Of a DNA stretch of 64,000 nt, positions 1 to 13,369 are shown in pieces. This stretch comes from Oikopleura dioica. Taxonomy: Eukaryota; Animalia; Chordata. A program made the position numbers and the translations under genes. How positions within the stretch are numbered: position 1 is the first letter of the stretch; every line of letters starts with the position of its first letter. The stretch spans positions 1,674,001 to 1,738,000 of the forward strand of contig OU015569.1 of assembly GCA_907165135.1 (NCBI GenBank), in the 5' to 3' direction. The notes under the pieces are model-generated. The model made no database searches, was not told the DNA's origin, and saw only the letters and a list, made by a program, of their open reading frames with translations.

Positions 1-2269
1 CTCGGGGATGGCCACTTGTCAACGTCAATTATAAGTATCGATAAATCGGTTGTTTTACCCGTTACTCTGTAGAAATCGAAATATATCTGTCCAATTTGAT
101 TATGCTCGTGATCGTTGGTGACGTCTCTGTCCTGGCGATGTTGCTCCTTGTATCGAATGTAGTCCGCTAGTGAAGAAAAAAAACGCATTTCATCAATACT
201 AAATAAAGATAAAACTCGCTTACATGTTGGGCAGTAGTCGCCGAAGCCGATTGTAAGAAGCGTGATCATCGTGAAATACCACGCTTCAAGCAGCGTCCAG
301 CCCTCGATGTGATGGAAGACTACGGCTTTTTTAGTGGTTCAAAAATGAACCCGCATTTGTCGAATTCGGAAATATTGTCTTTTGAACCTGGCTGGAATGA
401 GCGAGCAAAAAATGAAACCGCCGACGACGTAGACAAGCAAGGCAATGGCGGAAGCGAAACGAGCAGTTGTTTTTGCGACTTTGCGTTCTAGTTCTTTGAA
501 CTTTTCGAGCAAGAAATCCGATGTCCTCTTCATGATGTAATAAAAAAGCGGCACTCCGATCATTGCATAGCAGATGCAGAAGACCTTTCCTGGGTTCGTG
601 CTTGGATACACATTTCCATATCCTAATTTCTTTACATTCCTTTTCACAGATTACAAGATAGAGTACCTAGAGTTGTGACAACTGTGCCGACAAAGTAGTA
701 CGAGCTCAGAAACGACCATTTATTTGTGCACCCGTCCGAAATCATGTCAGCATGGTCGACAGCACCAGATTTGACAGTTTTTAGCAGCTCACTGAAGAAA
801 TAGCTAGATCTTTCGCCAGAACACTTTCCAAGATGGGTGCACTTACTTGTACATTTCTTTGGTCATTGTGATATTGTCGTCTTTGCTCAAGTCCTTTAGC
901 TCTGTCATGTTCCTGCCGAAGCTAAAGAGAAGTAATTAGCGCTACTGTTCTGAGACTGTTGCGTTAATATTAATCCAGTTACTGTATCCCTCTGAATGCT
1001 CAGAAGGACTCACGTTTGCCAGACCATCTCTTCGCCAGCGACCAAGTAGAGTCTCCCAAACTCATTAACAAATTCGCATTTTTGTTCTTCGACAGGCCTT
1101 TCCAGCTGCATAAACATGTAAGCTCTTTCACCATCGGTTGCTCAACTGAAGATGCCTCTTTCTAGCCGCTAAGCTTTTGATCAACCGGTGCCCAAAGAAC
1201 AAGTACGAGAAATACAGTAGCAAAAGGAACCAGTACGTCCAACATGAGAAGTTTTCGTAAAAGCTGTCGGGGAGACTGTTGTCCAGATTGAACCTTAATT
1301 GAATTTCAGCCTCTTTTTGCCAGGTCTAAATTTAAATCGAGTTAAAGCTCGACCCCTCTTTCTCTAACTTTGCTCAAGCTGAGATCATCAAAACAGGGCT
1401 GCTATTAAGGATATAGCCGTTCTCAAGGCACTTTCGTAGCGCCGAAATGGGGCGATAAATTTTTTTCATTTCAAGACAGGTCCTACCTAAAATTATGTCT
1501 ACAGTTCGATTCTGATGTTTTTGAAAATTTTTTTCAAAGAAAATTTCTCTCTAGACCGATTTGAAATCTTACGATCACTTTTTCTCGAAATTTTTCAATT
1601 AAATCGCTAAAACTAAACCGTGTATTATTATGAAAAACTGTTAATCTAGCTTCGTAGGGCCTCAAAATTTGAAAACTCGAGCAAATTTTAATTCTAGCGT
1701 CTTCTTCTTTTTGGCTCTTCTTTTTCAAAAATGCTGCGTTCAGGGCTCTCGACCAATCAGCGCGCTCTTTCACATGCGCGCCTCACCGCGCGATGGAGGA
1801 GAGCGTCCAGCGCAGCGAACCAGAGCGCTGTCTGACGCTTTGGCTCACTCAAGTAAGCCTCATAAAAATGGCTGTAGAATCATAAATATTTGGAATCTAT
1901 TTAAATTTAGGCCCTAGGAATGTAGAAAAAGGTCCAAATTTTTAATTTATCAAAAAACTCTACCGATTTAATGGAAAATTCTTGAGAAAAAGTGATCGTA
2001 AGATTTAAAATTGCTCTAGAGAGAAATTTTTCCATTAAAAAATTAAAAAGAACACTAGAATCGGGTGTCTTAGGCAATTTTAGGTAGGGTTCCTTTTGAA
2101 ATTAAAAATTTTATCGTCCCATTTTGGCGCTACGAAAGTGCCTTGAGAACGGCTATATCCTTAACATTAAAAAGCATGATCGATGAACTTACCAATTTTT
2201 GCTGGGGCTGGTTTGACTTCCACTTCTTTGTTTGAGTTTTTCTTGGTGGGCGTCGAATGAGTTTTTCAT
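1..2269 (-). CDS. Two-pore-domain (K2P) potassium channel, multi-exon; 3' end runs off the window start
   Basis: Spliced translation gives TM1 [23 protein letters not shown], pore 1 [12 protein letters not shown]|GYGNVYP and pore 2 [19 protein letters not shown]. The first exon (ATG 2269) is tentative. GC-AG intron at 1125-1191. Confidence 0.9.
1405..2164. mobile_element. TTAA-flanked foldback MITE with GG...CC termini (Kolobok-like) in a K2P intron
   Basis: Perfect 35-bp TIR GGATATAGCCGTTCTCAAGGCACTTTCGTAGCGCC (1409-1443 / 2126-2160), imperfect inverted similarity for a further ~200 bp, TTAA on both sides. Confidence 0.9.
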
Positions 2270-2423
2270 CTGCAGTGGACCATCATGCGCCTGAATGTTA
2301 AATACAGAATAACAGAAGCAGAAGCCAAGAGTTTACTTTGCACTGAACGCACTTTCTACACTCTGTTCTCTTTCTACCGCAATAACATATGTTTAATCCC
2401 GCTCCATACTAAGCGCCCTCCAT

Positions 2424-2664
2424 CTGGGTTCGGCAACCTGAGTAAAAACCTGAGTCAGGGTTCATAAGATTACAAATGAAAAGCCGCGTAGCGGCTTTTT
2501 AAAAACGAAGCCGCGAAGCGGCTTCGCCAGAAGTTAAAAATAAGATTGAGGAATAATATTGCGAAGCCGCTTAGCGGCTTCGTTTTTAAAAGCCGCTACG
2601 CGGCTTTTCATTTGTAATCTTATGAACCCTGACTCAGGTTTTTTACTCAGGTTGCCGAGCCCAG
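2424..2664. mobile_element. hAT-like palindromic MITE, CTGGG(C/T)TCGGCAACC family, copy 1
   Basis: Long TIRs, internal AAGCCGC motifs, 8-bp TSD CCCTCCAT (2416-2423 / 2665-2672). Confidence 0.92.
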
Positions 2665-2719
2665 CCCTCCATTCTTAAGATTTTTCAGAAAGCGAATAAA
2701 AAAATCTAATAAAATTTTT

Positions 2720-4050
2720 TCGACAATCGTGGATCGAGTGTTGATCTTTTGTCGAGGAAAAAGAGACCGAAGGAGTCTTCTCTTGGATGTTATATTAACT
2801 TACTTTAACATGGTTGTAGTAAGTTTCGACGCTGATTTCCCAGTCTGATTTCACTCTCATGCCTTACTGCAACTTCTCGGCATCGGAAAGAAGATTGAAA
2901 AGAGGATTAAGATGCGCTGCCTGTAAAAATGGATGGGTTCAGGGGCGAAATGCAAAAAATGTCTTGAGTGATTTGGGGCAGTAAAAGCAACATATGAATT
3001 ATAAAAGAGGCAAAGAGGGATGTGCTGGCGTCGAGATATACAGTACTTCTATGCTTGAAAAAAGAACACAGTCAATTTAAAATGCAAAGAAAGAAGAAAA
3101 TTTAGATACGGGCGCTTAAAAAACTGTTCTTATGAGAAACCATAAAACTTAGTTTTCTTTTGAGAATTAGTATTTTTATGCGCGGCGACTTTTTTGAGTC
3201 ATTAACCCAAGGTATATCATCCTCTAGGACGACGTAAAGACTCTTTACTAACAACATAACAAACTATAAGCTACAATATAAATTTCTGAATGACCATACT
3301 CTAAGAACGATTTCTTTTGAGCGAAATTTTCGCGAAAAGTTTTGGTAAAAAGCGAAAGCGAAGCGAAGCGAATTGAAATTACAAGAAGCGATAGCGAAGC
3401 GAATTCGCTTCGCTTCGCTCATGAGCGAATTCGCGAAGCGAATTCAGACCCCTGGTATGAATCATACTGTATAATTCATACTGTTGAAAGGAGAAGATTT
3501 CTCTCTCTTAGGGAGAGATCCTTCTTTGGTCTCTGATTACCATTCTTGCGATGGACATCGTTTTTCCAACAATAATTTAGTAAAAAGGCCATTTTTAATC
3601 GAAGAAATCAAGGAAGACTCACTTCTTTCAGCAAGCGAAAACTGTTTCCTTCTCTTATTTTGAGCATCATCCTGGAAATGAATGAGAAAGACGAGAGAGT
3701 AAGAAAAATGTTTTAATCAAGGAACAAATGGAATTTGATATTTATGAGTACAGGGTTAACTCTACGAAACTCAGCCGATCGATTTTCGTGCACGAGATAT
3801 GCCAGAGTTGTCTTACTCAGTTTTTGTTCCTTTTTTTATCCCGCGATATGAAATTAATTTTTAATTTTAGCAGTAGAGACAAAAATAATATATAAACAAT
3901 TTTCTTGACTTGAGTCTTGAGTTGACGACCAATGGTTATTGTGTCGGAAGACAAGCTATAGTTTCTGATGATGAAGGCCTTCACCATGAAGGCCTTGTCC
4001 TTTCTGAAACATGTCGAACATGTTGTTGGTAAATATGCTTCTTTCAAGGT
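2720..4050 (-). CDS. Possible multi-exon gene of unknown function
   Basis: Short open segments bounded by AG/GTAAG, e.g. AAHLNPLFNLLSDAEKL, VETYYNHVK, DDAQNKRRKQFSLAER. No complete model could be assembled. Confidence 0.3.
3314..3453. repeat. (GCGAA)n array ending in one hAT-like terminus (truncated MITE)
   Basis: GCGAA/TTCGC repeats ending ...GAATTCAGACCCTG (reverse complement CAGGGTCTGAA). No partner end found. Confidence 0.55.
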
Positions 4051-4853
4051 CTTTTAGCTTTGAAAACGTAAATCAGGGATCTATTTATGAGTTATCAGAA
4101 TGATCGGAAAGAGTTGCATTTGAGAAGTCAGCAGTAAACTATATATAGCCCGATATCTGGAAAAATAAAGGGCTAAAAAATAAAGCTAAGACTAAAATGT
4201 AAAAATTTGGAGAACTGGCCCAAATAAGTCTTATTTGAAATTAGGGTACCTAAAAATTGGTCGAAAAGATACCTTTTAATGTTCATTTTAAAGGGTTTCC
4301 CTGAAGTAAGACAAAAAAAATGATCTTCTATAATATCATTCCGGCTTAGAAAATAAACGCGAAGTAAAATTGTCGTAAAAAGTACCTACCATTTTGACGG
4401 GGTATCATTTTCTCTTCTCTTTTTAGTGGTGGATGATGGTGATGCTCATTACTGCAGTCGCCTGATAAGATATTAATAGCATAACTATCGACCACGAGAG
4501 GCTACAAACCGGATCAATTCACCTCTTCAATATTGAATGTAAAACGTTTAGCATTGATTCGACCAACACGAAAAACGGCTGAAATGATGATACACAGACT
4601 GCAGTGCACTGCACAAAATATTCTATGTAATCGAAATCGATCATTCCCAGAATATTTTAAAAACAAAATAATTTAAAGAAAAAATAACTATGCAAACTGA
4701 CAACACGATCAGCGTCATGAATCATGAAAAAAAGAAGCGCCATGCATTTTTATTTCTGAAAGAATTCTTTCAAGAGTTATGATAATGACGCCCTTATTTT
4801 AAAGGAGCAAAAGAAAGTTGAACTCTTACTTGAAAATTAGCTGTCCCAGGGGA

Positions 4854-5546
4854 TTAAAGGGGACTATGCTTTAATACAAAATAAAATCGCAGTATAGAGC
4901 GGGAAGCATTTTCAGCATTATGAAAACCACACTTGCCACACCTGGAGATTACCCGTAGAAGAACTCTTCTGATTCACTTACTGCACTTTTGACACCTTAA
5001 ACCCACTGCACAGAGCGAAAAAATGCAGCACGTCAATTATTCATAAATAATCAAAATTTTGTCCTTGAATCAATTAAGGACCCCCCCCCTGAAACATTTT
5101 TCCTCGAAAATTTCAAAACATCCATATTTAAAATATGATATTTTGGCTTCTTAGTGTGCCTGGAAGTTAAATTCATCATGAAAACTTGTCTGGAGCAATT
5201 TTTGACCAATAAACAACAAAAATTTCATCAGAATTTGAGTTTTTTCGTCAATTTTCGACAATAAGTCCCATTTTCAAACGCGATTTTGAGGGTGTTAGAG
5301 TCGAGATAGACTCTCAAAAAATAAAGCCTCAAATCGTTTTTGACCTGTAAAATCCATTTCCGGGGTCAAAATTATAGCTTCTTGCCAAGCGATAGTACAT
5401 TTTTGAAATAGGAATTAATGAAATATTTTTATAAAAAATGGTATTTGAAGAAAAATCGAAATTCTTGAGTACGTCAAACTTTGCCCTGTCCTTGCTGAAG
5501 TTGGTGACAATGCCATTTGTCGGGTGAAATGTAGAGTCCCCTTTAA
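4854..5546. mobile_element. TTAA-flanked non-autonomous element with AG...CT termini, probably containing a nested element from ~5073
   Basis: TTAAAGGGGACTATGC at 4854 pairs with GTAGAGTCCCCTTTAA ending 5546. The inner TTAAGGACCCCCC terminus also occurs at 30786. Confidence 0.55.
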
Positions 5547-5763
5547 TACTCTAATATTTGCAAAGCCTAGGCTGCAAATCCACTCCCATGTTAGGCGAAT
5601 ATCTATTTAGGAAAATGGGTCGTTTAATTTCCGCTCCTGAAAATGGCATTCTTTTCGATGTTACCAGAGAAAGAAAAAGCTTAGATAAAGGAACTGGGAT
5701 AGAATCGCTTGATCAGATCACGAGGAAATAATTGAGTGATGAGATTATCCAAAAAATGAGATT

Positions 5764-8196
5764 ATGAAGGATCTTGTCCAGGATTACGTCTGCTCCAAAG
5801 GGGCCTACATTAACCCGGCAATGGAGATCTTCGACTTCCACACGACAGGACGAGGTTTTATTGCCAAGACGTCCGCGATCCTAAAACTCTTCAAATTTCT
5901 AACCCCCGCCTTCTAGCTCGATCAACAGGGGCCAAATGGTGCTCGAAGTGCCGCAGACTGCAGTGATAACGCCAAACTGGATTTATCACAACGCCATTTC
6001 CGTAATCTACAAATCAAAATTTCAATAATCAATAAGTGGTATTCAATTAGTGCGTTTCGAATATTGTCGTGCTCGAAAACGACTTCAAAATTGACGCCTT
6101 TGATTTGGTCATTCTCTGGTTGATCCACGAGAAACAGAAGGGCATGCAGTCCTCAGTCAGGGACTATATCACTGTAAGTTGCTTTAATCAGTCCATTCAT
6201 TCACCAATTCAAGTCGATGCCGAGCCAGTGCACGCTTCCACACCATTATCGGCCCCGCCATATGAAACTCTTTCCGAAGCAGTTTCGTCAGAAAGTCGAT
6301 ACTCAAAAGAGCGACCTACTGGCACGCTACGAGTACTTGGACAAATGCTATCGACGGCACGGGCGTGGAATCGCCTTTGCTGAATTTCAGGTAGCAGCAG
6401 TTTCAGTTGCACAGCTATAAACTAACTCGCGCTAAGTGGGCAGCAACTATGGTGTTAACGAGATCAATTCAAGGTCACGGTCTCGAACTTTCAAGTGAAC
6501 TGACAAAGCACGAAAATGTCAAGTAGAAAACCTTTCCTTACCCAGTACCTAAGCTAAAATGATTCTAGACCTTGAAAGCAAGCAAAGGGTCTCAAGTTGT
6601 GCTGTGAGTTGATTGACGCACCTTGGTTTAAAAGCGCAGAATCTGCGTCGGAAATTGGCCTCTGCCCTTTCTTCGGTAAGATGAGCGGTACTCTTCCTTG
6701 ATTTCAAAATTGATTTAGATCTCTTGAACCACTCATCTGAGAATAACTGCGAGTGGGATTTCAACCCTGTTACTGGCTCCGTCTGGGTGGAAGCCATTGG
6801 AGACATAAAAAACTCAGGCAAGAAAAATCTGGAAATGAAAAATTTTCATCCCAAGAGCACAGTTATCAAAGCCCTACTGAGTCGGAGTGAGACTTTATTC
6901 GTTCAGATCAATTGCTCATCGATTACGACCAAGGATGCGACGACTACATGTTAATCAATTACGGATTCTGTTTGCCACCTGGGGAAAACCCAAAGACCGC
7001 CCTTGAGCTTTCTTGGGTAAGTTGTAACCGTATTCCCCAGAGTTGCAAATTTTGATTAATGTTTCTGAGCTGAGCTGAGCTGACCTGAGTAAAAATTTCT
7101 CTGAGCTGAGCAGGCCTATTTCGGAGGTTACTGAGCTGAGCTGAGCTGAGCTGGCCTTTTTCAGAGGTCATTGAGCGGAGCTGAGCTGAGCAGACATTTT
7201 GTTTAAGAGAGTTGAGCTGAGCTGAGCTGAGCGGACCCTAATTAGAGCTGAACTGAGCGGATTGAGCTGAGCTGAGCTGTTTTTTACTGTTTTTTCGTAG
7301 TAAAATTGTATTCAAATCATTGAGCTGAGCTGAGCTAAATGATAGTTGTCTGAGCTGAGCAGAACAGATCATGTTCGAAAATAATTGAGCTGAGCTGAGC
7401 TGAGCTGAGTGAAAATTGTCTGAGCTGAGCTGAGCAGATCAGATCATTTGGCAAAATCACTGAGCTGAGCTGAGCTGAGCGACTGCTCAGCTCACTCAGC
7501 CAGCTCAGCTCACTCAGCTCAGCAAATTTGTAACTCTGGTATTCCCTTTTTAAGAGGAATAATAACACATCCTCTGCGGCGTTTCCAACGAAAATTTAGT
7601 CAGAAATCAGAGCTGTGATCGAAGCAAACGTGACCAGCGATATCCGTCAAGTGCAACAAATCTTCAACAGGACTAAAATCGACACAGAAAACGCAGAAGA
7701 GCGACTTGTCTTTAAAATCTTCCACGATCGAATTCCATTCAAGTTTTCCTACATTTTCGAGGAGATTTTCAATTCGGTCAGTTCTTGATATTATTCAATG
7801 AGTATTCAACTGTTCTCCAAGGCTTCATTTGAGGAAAAGGGAATTTTATTCCACAAGCGTCTTTCCGACGAGCGTCTAGCAGACGAAGACTTCCAGGCGC
7901 TTTATTTGGAGCATCTCCAGCGCGTCATCCTGCTCAAGTGCTTGGAATCGCGCTGCGCCGAGCTCGACGAGCTCAACCAAGCTTTCGACCATGCGAAGTT
8001 GACGATGGACGCGACACGGCTTTACCAAGTCGGACAGATTTTGAAAAATCACAGCGCCATCGCCTTCAAATGGCGAAACGAACTGACCGCCGAGACCGAC
8101 CGCTTGAAAATCGAGCTTGAAGTGTTTCAACTGGCCAAAAATCTGGATAACTGCGAGATCGACAATTCAGAAATCGAAAACGAAATTACCGCCTGA
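5764..8196 (+). CDS. SETD4/SETD3-like SET-domain lysine methyltransferase
   Basis: Exons give TTGRGFIAK, WAATMVLTR, GLCPFF|DLLNHS and DQLLIDYDQGCDDYMLINYGF, the motifs of Rubisco-LSMT-type SET proteins. Last exon is ORF 7798-8196. Confidence 0.85.
7038..7538. mobile_element. hAT-like (GCTGA)n MITE in a SET-gene intron
   Basis: TIR CAGAGTTGCAAATTT, GCTGA arrays, 8-bp TSD GTATTCCC. Confidence 0.93.
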
Positions 8197-9054
8197 TTTC
8201 AAATTTTTCATTTCTTACACTTTTCATACTTTCAAGGTTCAATACATTCATATAAAAATAATCTTCTCTTGCCAACTTCGTTGATTTCATCTAAAAAAGT
8301 GTCCAAAAGAGTGGGAAGTCAATCCAAAGAAGAATTTAATAGGGTTGAGCTACGAGTAGGACGGAAGCCATAAAGCCAACCGACGCGGGTATTTTTCTCG
8401 CCAAGGGTCGCTCAGGGCCGATATTTCGCTTTTCGCTTTTCCTTTCGCCAACTATCGAGCTTCGAAATCAGCGGAAAGACATAACGAATTTTCAAAAATA
8501 ATGAAAAAGTGAAAAGAGAAAGTGAATGGCGCACGCTTATCAGAGAACATTTAAAAAAGTTCTAGGTGAAGGGCTCAAAGTCGAAGAAAAATAGCAAGAC
8601 TGTAAACTACTGGTCGAGTAGTAAAAGGTTGTTCTTTGTAACTTATGGATCAATTCCTTATACGTCTAATTTTTCGGCTATAACGTGGCTAAATCGACAA
8701 TTACATCCTTAAAGTAATCTTCAAAGCAAAAATGAGGATCTAAAAGTTTTCTTGCGGTTTCTTGTTCTTTGAGCCAAAGTAAAGGACCGCATACGCTCAA
8801 CGCTGATGAATTGCGAGTGGCGGCGGTCCGCTTCAGAGATCGCTACTACAACATTAAGGTGAGTGAAAATTCACTGAACGGTAAGAAACACAACATTCCA
8901 AGAGAGAGCATGTTGGCTTCGGCGAATACGAGCGCCGCGACAATCTCAAAAGCAGCTTCTACATCAAGACATTCGATGACATTTTTCCGAGGCTACAGGA
9001 ATTGGATACTCACATATTTTCACTCCTAAAGGCCTTTTATATAAGAGGGAGGGT

Positions 9055-9210
9055 CAGTACTGAAAATGTCACGAATGTCACGAGTGTCACGAAAGTCACG
9101 AATGTCACGATTTTGCTGAAAATGTCACGAAAAAGAAACATGTTTTCGTGAAATTCGTGACATTCGTGACACTCGTTACACTCGTGACAATCGTGACATT
9201 TTCAGCACTG
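9055..9210. mobile_element. Small palindromic MITE with TGTCACGAA 9-mer arrays
   Basis: TIR CAGT(A/G)CTGAAAATGTCACGA with inverted 9-mer repeats. No clear TSD. Confidence 0.7.
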
Positions 9211-9293
9211 TCGAGATGGAGACTCTTAATATTTCTGTTGACTTCTGAATCCGTGAAAAGCGCTTCCGGCGAGTGAACTACTTTCCACATCAG

Positions 9294-10354
9294 ATGAAAT
9301 ACCGAAAAAACATCGCCGACGCGTTAACAGCGCAAATCTGCTGCGGCGATAACAGTTTGGAACACATCTGGAAGAGCAAGAAGAAGAAAATGCGCCTCAA
9401 AACAATGCCAAGTTTTACAAGATTAAATCGAGAACGTAGTTAATTCTCAAGCAACAGCTGTAAATCTTGGGAAAAGACGCACGCGATCGCGGGTTTTCAC
9501 GATGGACGCAAGGTCGGCCTTCTGAAAAACGAGACGGAATCGACGTTCAACTTCGGCCGACACTCAGGAGCTGCCTTCAGACCTACGCCTTTTAATCAGC
9601 TCCTGTTTCTGGCTTTCAGCAAAAACGTAGCTCTCGTTCAAAGCCTAACAATAACAATAAACACTTGATTCAGGAGTTCGAAAGCATGGACTTTATCAAC
9701 GCTGTAGCGCGGGACCAGATCAAGACGAATCTGCTCCCATCTCCGTCCTCGTTTCTTTTGGCAGGACACGTATCCCTGCAGCAGCAAAACTTGGAAAAGC
9801 TCGTCGGTCCGGCAGGCTTCCTCTTTTCGCAGGGAAACAACACACTTTATGCAGACTGCGGCTCCGACTACGAATACTTTATCCTCCGCGGCGGCAAAGT
9901 CGTCGGCGAATCCAACAAGCAAAAAGCACATTACAAGATGGAAAAAGGTTCCGTTTTTTCAATCAAACCCATTTGGCATATTTTGTTATTCTAGGAGACG
10001 TAGTGGTTGTTGCCTGCGAAAATTGCAAAAACTTCTTGAATCACGATGAGCTAAATACACTCACAGTTCGAATCCAAGGAATGTTATTTTTCAGTTCTAA
10101 GAAGAAGAGGGAGATCTTGTAGCGGTCTTATAAGCCCCTATTTTTTCTCGCTAGAATTTTCAAAACTAAGAATAACCCGAAAAGGTCCAACTTCCGTGGC
10201 ACAGTTCTGTTCAGCGGCGGTTTCCGAGGCAGCAGTCTGCATCGTCTCCTACGTCAAGCAAAAAGTGTACGCCACAGGCCAGCAGAAGCGCGAAATCAAC
10301 TTCATCTGCGTCGTCGCCGTCGTGACAGACTCCGACGCTGTTTACCAACTCTGA
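9294..10354 (+). CDS. Divergent PPTC7/PP2C-family protein, probable pseudophosphatase
   Basis: AIAGFHDGRKVG, LYADCGSDYEYFILRGGKVVGESNKQKAHY, GDVVVVACENCKNFL and KREINFICVVAVV occur in PPTC7 motif order, but most acidic metal ligands are altered. Confidence 0.65.
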
Positions 10355-11289
10355 ACTCCACCAAGCTCATCGACTTTCTTTCTAATAAACATTCAATTTC
10401 GACATTCAATACATGAAAAAGTGTTGGATCATGGAGACGCGGTAGAATTTTCTCTCATCGCGGGAAATTAGTTTTGCGGCGTGAGAAAATCCCCTTCCAA
10501 GAGCACATTCCTCAGAGCAACCGGCTGGTTACGTCTATTTGCATTGACAATCGAGCGTATCGAAGCATGCTACGCAACAGATCGCTCTGTTGCTTCCCAG
10601 CCCCTCCTATTTTCTCTCCAGTCATGCATACCCAGCAAAAAAACACGGATCCCAAATAGGCGTCGCCCGGTTCATCTTAGTTTTACACTCCCTTTTTGGC
10701 TTCACGATTGAGTAACTTTGGAAACTGGGACCAATGATTGTCGATTATGTCATTTATTATAAATTAATTAAATTTATAAAAGTATCTATTAATTAAATTA
10801 ATTTGAATAATTAATTTGTCGATTCATGTCTTATAATCGAACGTAGAAAATGATATATTCAGAAGCAAAAAGAGTTATTTTTCAGGAGAAACTCATATTT
10901 GAGTTCTGAAATTTTTTTTCCTGAAACAAACGTTTACCGACTTCTTATCATGCGCATAGCTGAAATAAAGATAATACACTGAACTGTATTTTCTTTGTAT
11001 TTTTCAAGGTAACCAAGTTTCGGAAGCAGAAGGAACCAGTCGGTGATTTAAGGGCTTATGCGTCATGCATGATCAGCAGAATACTCGAGAAAGGGGCGTC
11101 AACCGGTTCAAGCAGCCTTGTTGACAGCGCTTTAGGCCACTTTTGGCGGTAAAGTGGCTAGGGATTGGGTCTCAAGACTGGCGTGTTCTATCGGGCCATT
11201 CTCTCTCGGATCTTAGTCGACCTCGGACGTTTCTACTAGGCAGCCCCTCCTCTCCTTATTTATAGAGAAAGTAGCTTGTAAATTGGGAG

Positions 11290-13369
11290 ATGCGCCTGAC
11301 CCAGCGAGTTGCCGCCTTCGCCAAGGCTCCCAAGGTCCTTATCACTGGTGGCGGCGGTCAGCTCGGCCCTGGTCTCGCCAGGCTGCTTAGAGAGCAATAT
11401 GGACACGAAAATGTGGTCCTCAGCGATGTCCGCAAACCCAACAATCCAGAGGCTTACAACGGTCCCTGGAAGTACGCCGATGTCACCGACTACAAAGGTC
11501 TTGAGAAGATCATCGTCGAACAGGACATTGACTGGGTCGTAAGTAAAAATTAGAAATGTACTGTAAATTTTCTAAAGGGCTCCTAAATCGAAATAATGCA
11601 AATTTTTCTTGAAGGAAAATTAAATAAAGGACAACCTTATTTCAATGACCCTTCAAAAGAGAAAAAAAATCACTCGATTTGAAACCTTATTTTAAAAATA
11701 TTTAAGTTCAACTTCGCGGCTTTGCTCTCTGCTGTGTCGGAGGCGATGCCCGAGCTGGCCTACAACGTCAACGTGGGTGGCTGCAAAAACGTCCTCGACT
11801 TGGCGAAAGTGCACAATTTGCGCGTGTTCATTCCATCGACGATTGGGGCGTACGGGCCTACTTCCAAGTTGACGCATCCGGACGGCGTGCCAGACATTGA
11901 CATTCAGCGCTGCACCTCGCTCTACGGCGTCCACAAGGTTTTCGTGGAGAACTTGGGCGAGAACTATTTGCGGTAAGGCATTGGCGAGAGGCTGATATTA
12001 CGCGGTCGCTGTATCTCGCTAAGTGATAAGCTTTTTTCGAGCATTTTTGAGAATGTTTTAAAAAACGGGCGTTTTCAGCAAGTTCGGCGTGGACTTCCGC
12101 TGCCTGCGCTATCCGGGCATCATCTCCGCCGACACTGAGCCAGGTGCGTAGCAAATAAACCACTTGGTTAATTCCGCTGTTGATAGGCGGGGGCACCACC
12201 GACTACGCTGTCGACATTTACAAGAAGGCCGTCAAGGGCGAGAACTACACCTGCTACTTGAAGCCGGACTCGACGTTGCCGATGATGCACGTCGACGACT
12301 GTCTCAGAGCAACAAAAGAGTTCATGGAGGTAATTACGCGCATCCGGATCAGTTTCGAAAAAAGAGAATCATCTCTTGACGAATCACCCAATTCATCAGA
12401 GAAATTTTGAATTGCGAATATACTTTATATCAAATTTCGAAAAGAAAGATATCATTACTTTTCCCTTAAAAAGATCAGCATTTGTCTTCAATAACTCTTA
12501 AAAATTAGGGTTCTGCCAGCTAAAATCCTTAATTTCTTAATTTGAGGTTCAAAAGAGAGCTCGGGTGGCGAAAATAAGTGCGGGCAACAATTAGCGATTC
12601 TAAGTCTTCTTTCAGTCGTCAGCGGAGCTTCTCAACGTGGCTCGCCCGGGCAACCGATGCTACAACATCAGCGCGATGAGTTTCAACCCGGCGCTGGTGC
12701 ACGACTCGATCAAGACCTTCTTCCCGCAGTTCGAGGTTGATTACAAGATCGATCCGGTGAGACAGGCGATTGCCGACTCTTGGCCACGCCGCTTCGACGA
12801 CAGAAACGCTAGGTCAGTTTAACTTACAGATTATCGTTTGGACGAGAAAGTGTCTCCCCGCGGAACTTCGAAAGGGGATTTTCAACGGCAGTAGGAATTA
12901 GACACAGCTAAAGAAAAGCTCTTATCAAAGAGGAAATACTGATTTCCAGAAATCTTTTCTTTTTTTCTAGGTCTAAGAAGAATTGGAAATTTTTGAATTT
13001 TTTTTTTCAGAGCTGAGCTAGCTGAGCTGAGGTCGAAATCGAGCTGAGCTGAGCTGAGCTGTTTTTTTTTTCAAAAAAATTGATCTGAGCTGACCCTCAC
13101 TTCAAAATTGCTGAGCTGAGCTGAGCTGTAGCTCAGCTAGCTCACAAAATTTGCAACTCTGGGTCTTAGAATAGACATTAGTTCTTCATAAATTGTGAAA
13201 ATGAGTAAGAACCGTGTCGCTCTAAAAGGACTGTCATGTAAGTTGATTGTTATTGTTCAGAGAAGTGTGGGGCTGGGATCACGAATACGACCTGGCAAAG
13301 TTGACTGAATACATGATCCAGAATCTGGGCGGATCGACTGCTGCTGAAAGCAAAAAGGCTTCACTGTGA
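11290..13369 (+). CDS. TDH: L-threonine 3-dehydrogenase (extended SDR), mitochondrial
   Basis: VLITGGGGQLG, IFIPSTIGAYG-like VFIPSTIGAYG, YGVHK, FGVDFRCLRYPGIISAD and GGGTTDYAV across 6 exons. Confidence 0.95.
12978..13161. mobile_element. Short degenerate (GCTGA)n MITE in the last TDH intron
   Basis: Right TIR AAATTTGCAACTCTG, decayed left TIR, near-TSD GGTCTAAG/GGTCTTAG. Confidence 0.8.

Noticed and set aside
7038-7538. GCTGA arrays as a CRISPR array or satellite
   Set aside because: No constant repeat with unique spacers; bounded by TIRs and 8-bp TSDs, so these are MITEs.
8769-9030. ORF 8769-9029 (+) and a possible TATA-driven minus-strand unit
   Set aside because: No consistent ATG/splice model or recognisable domain on either strand.
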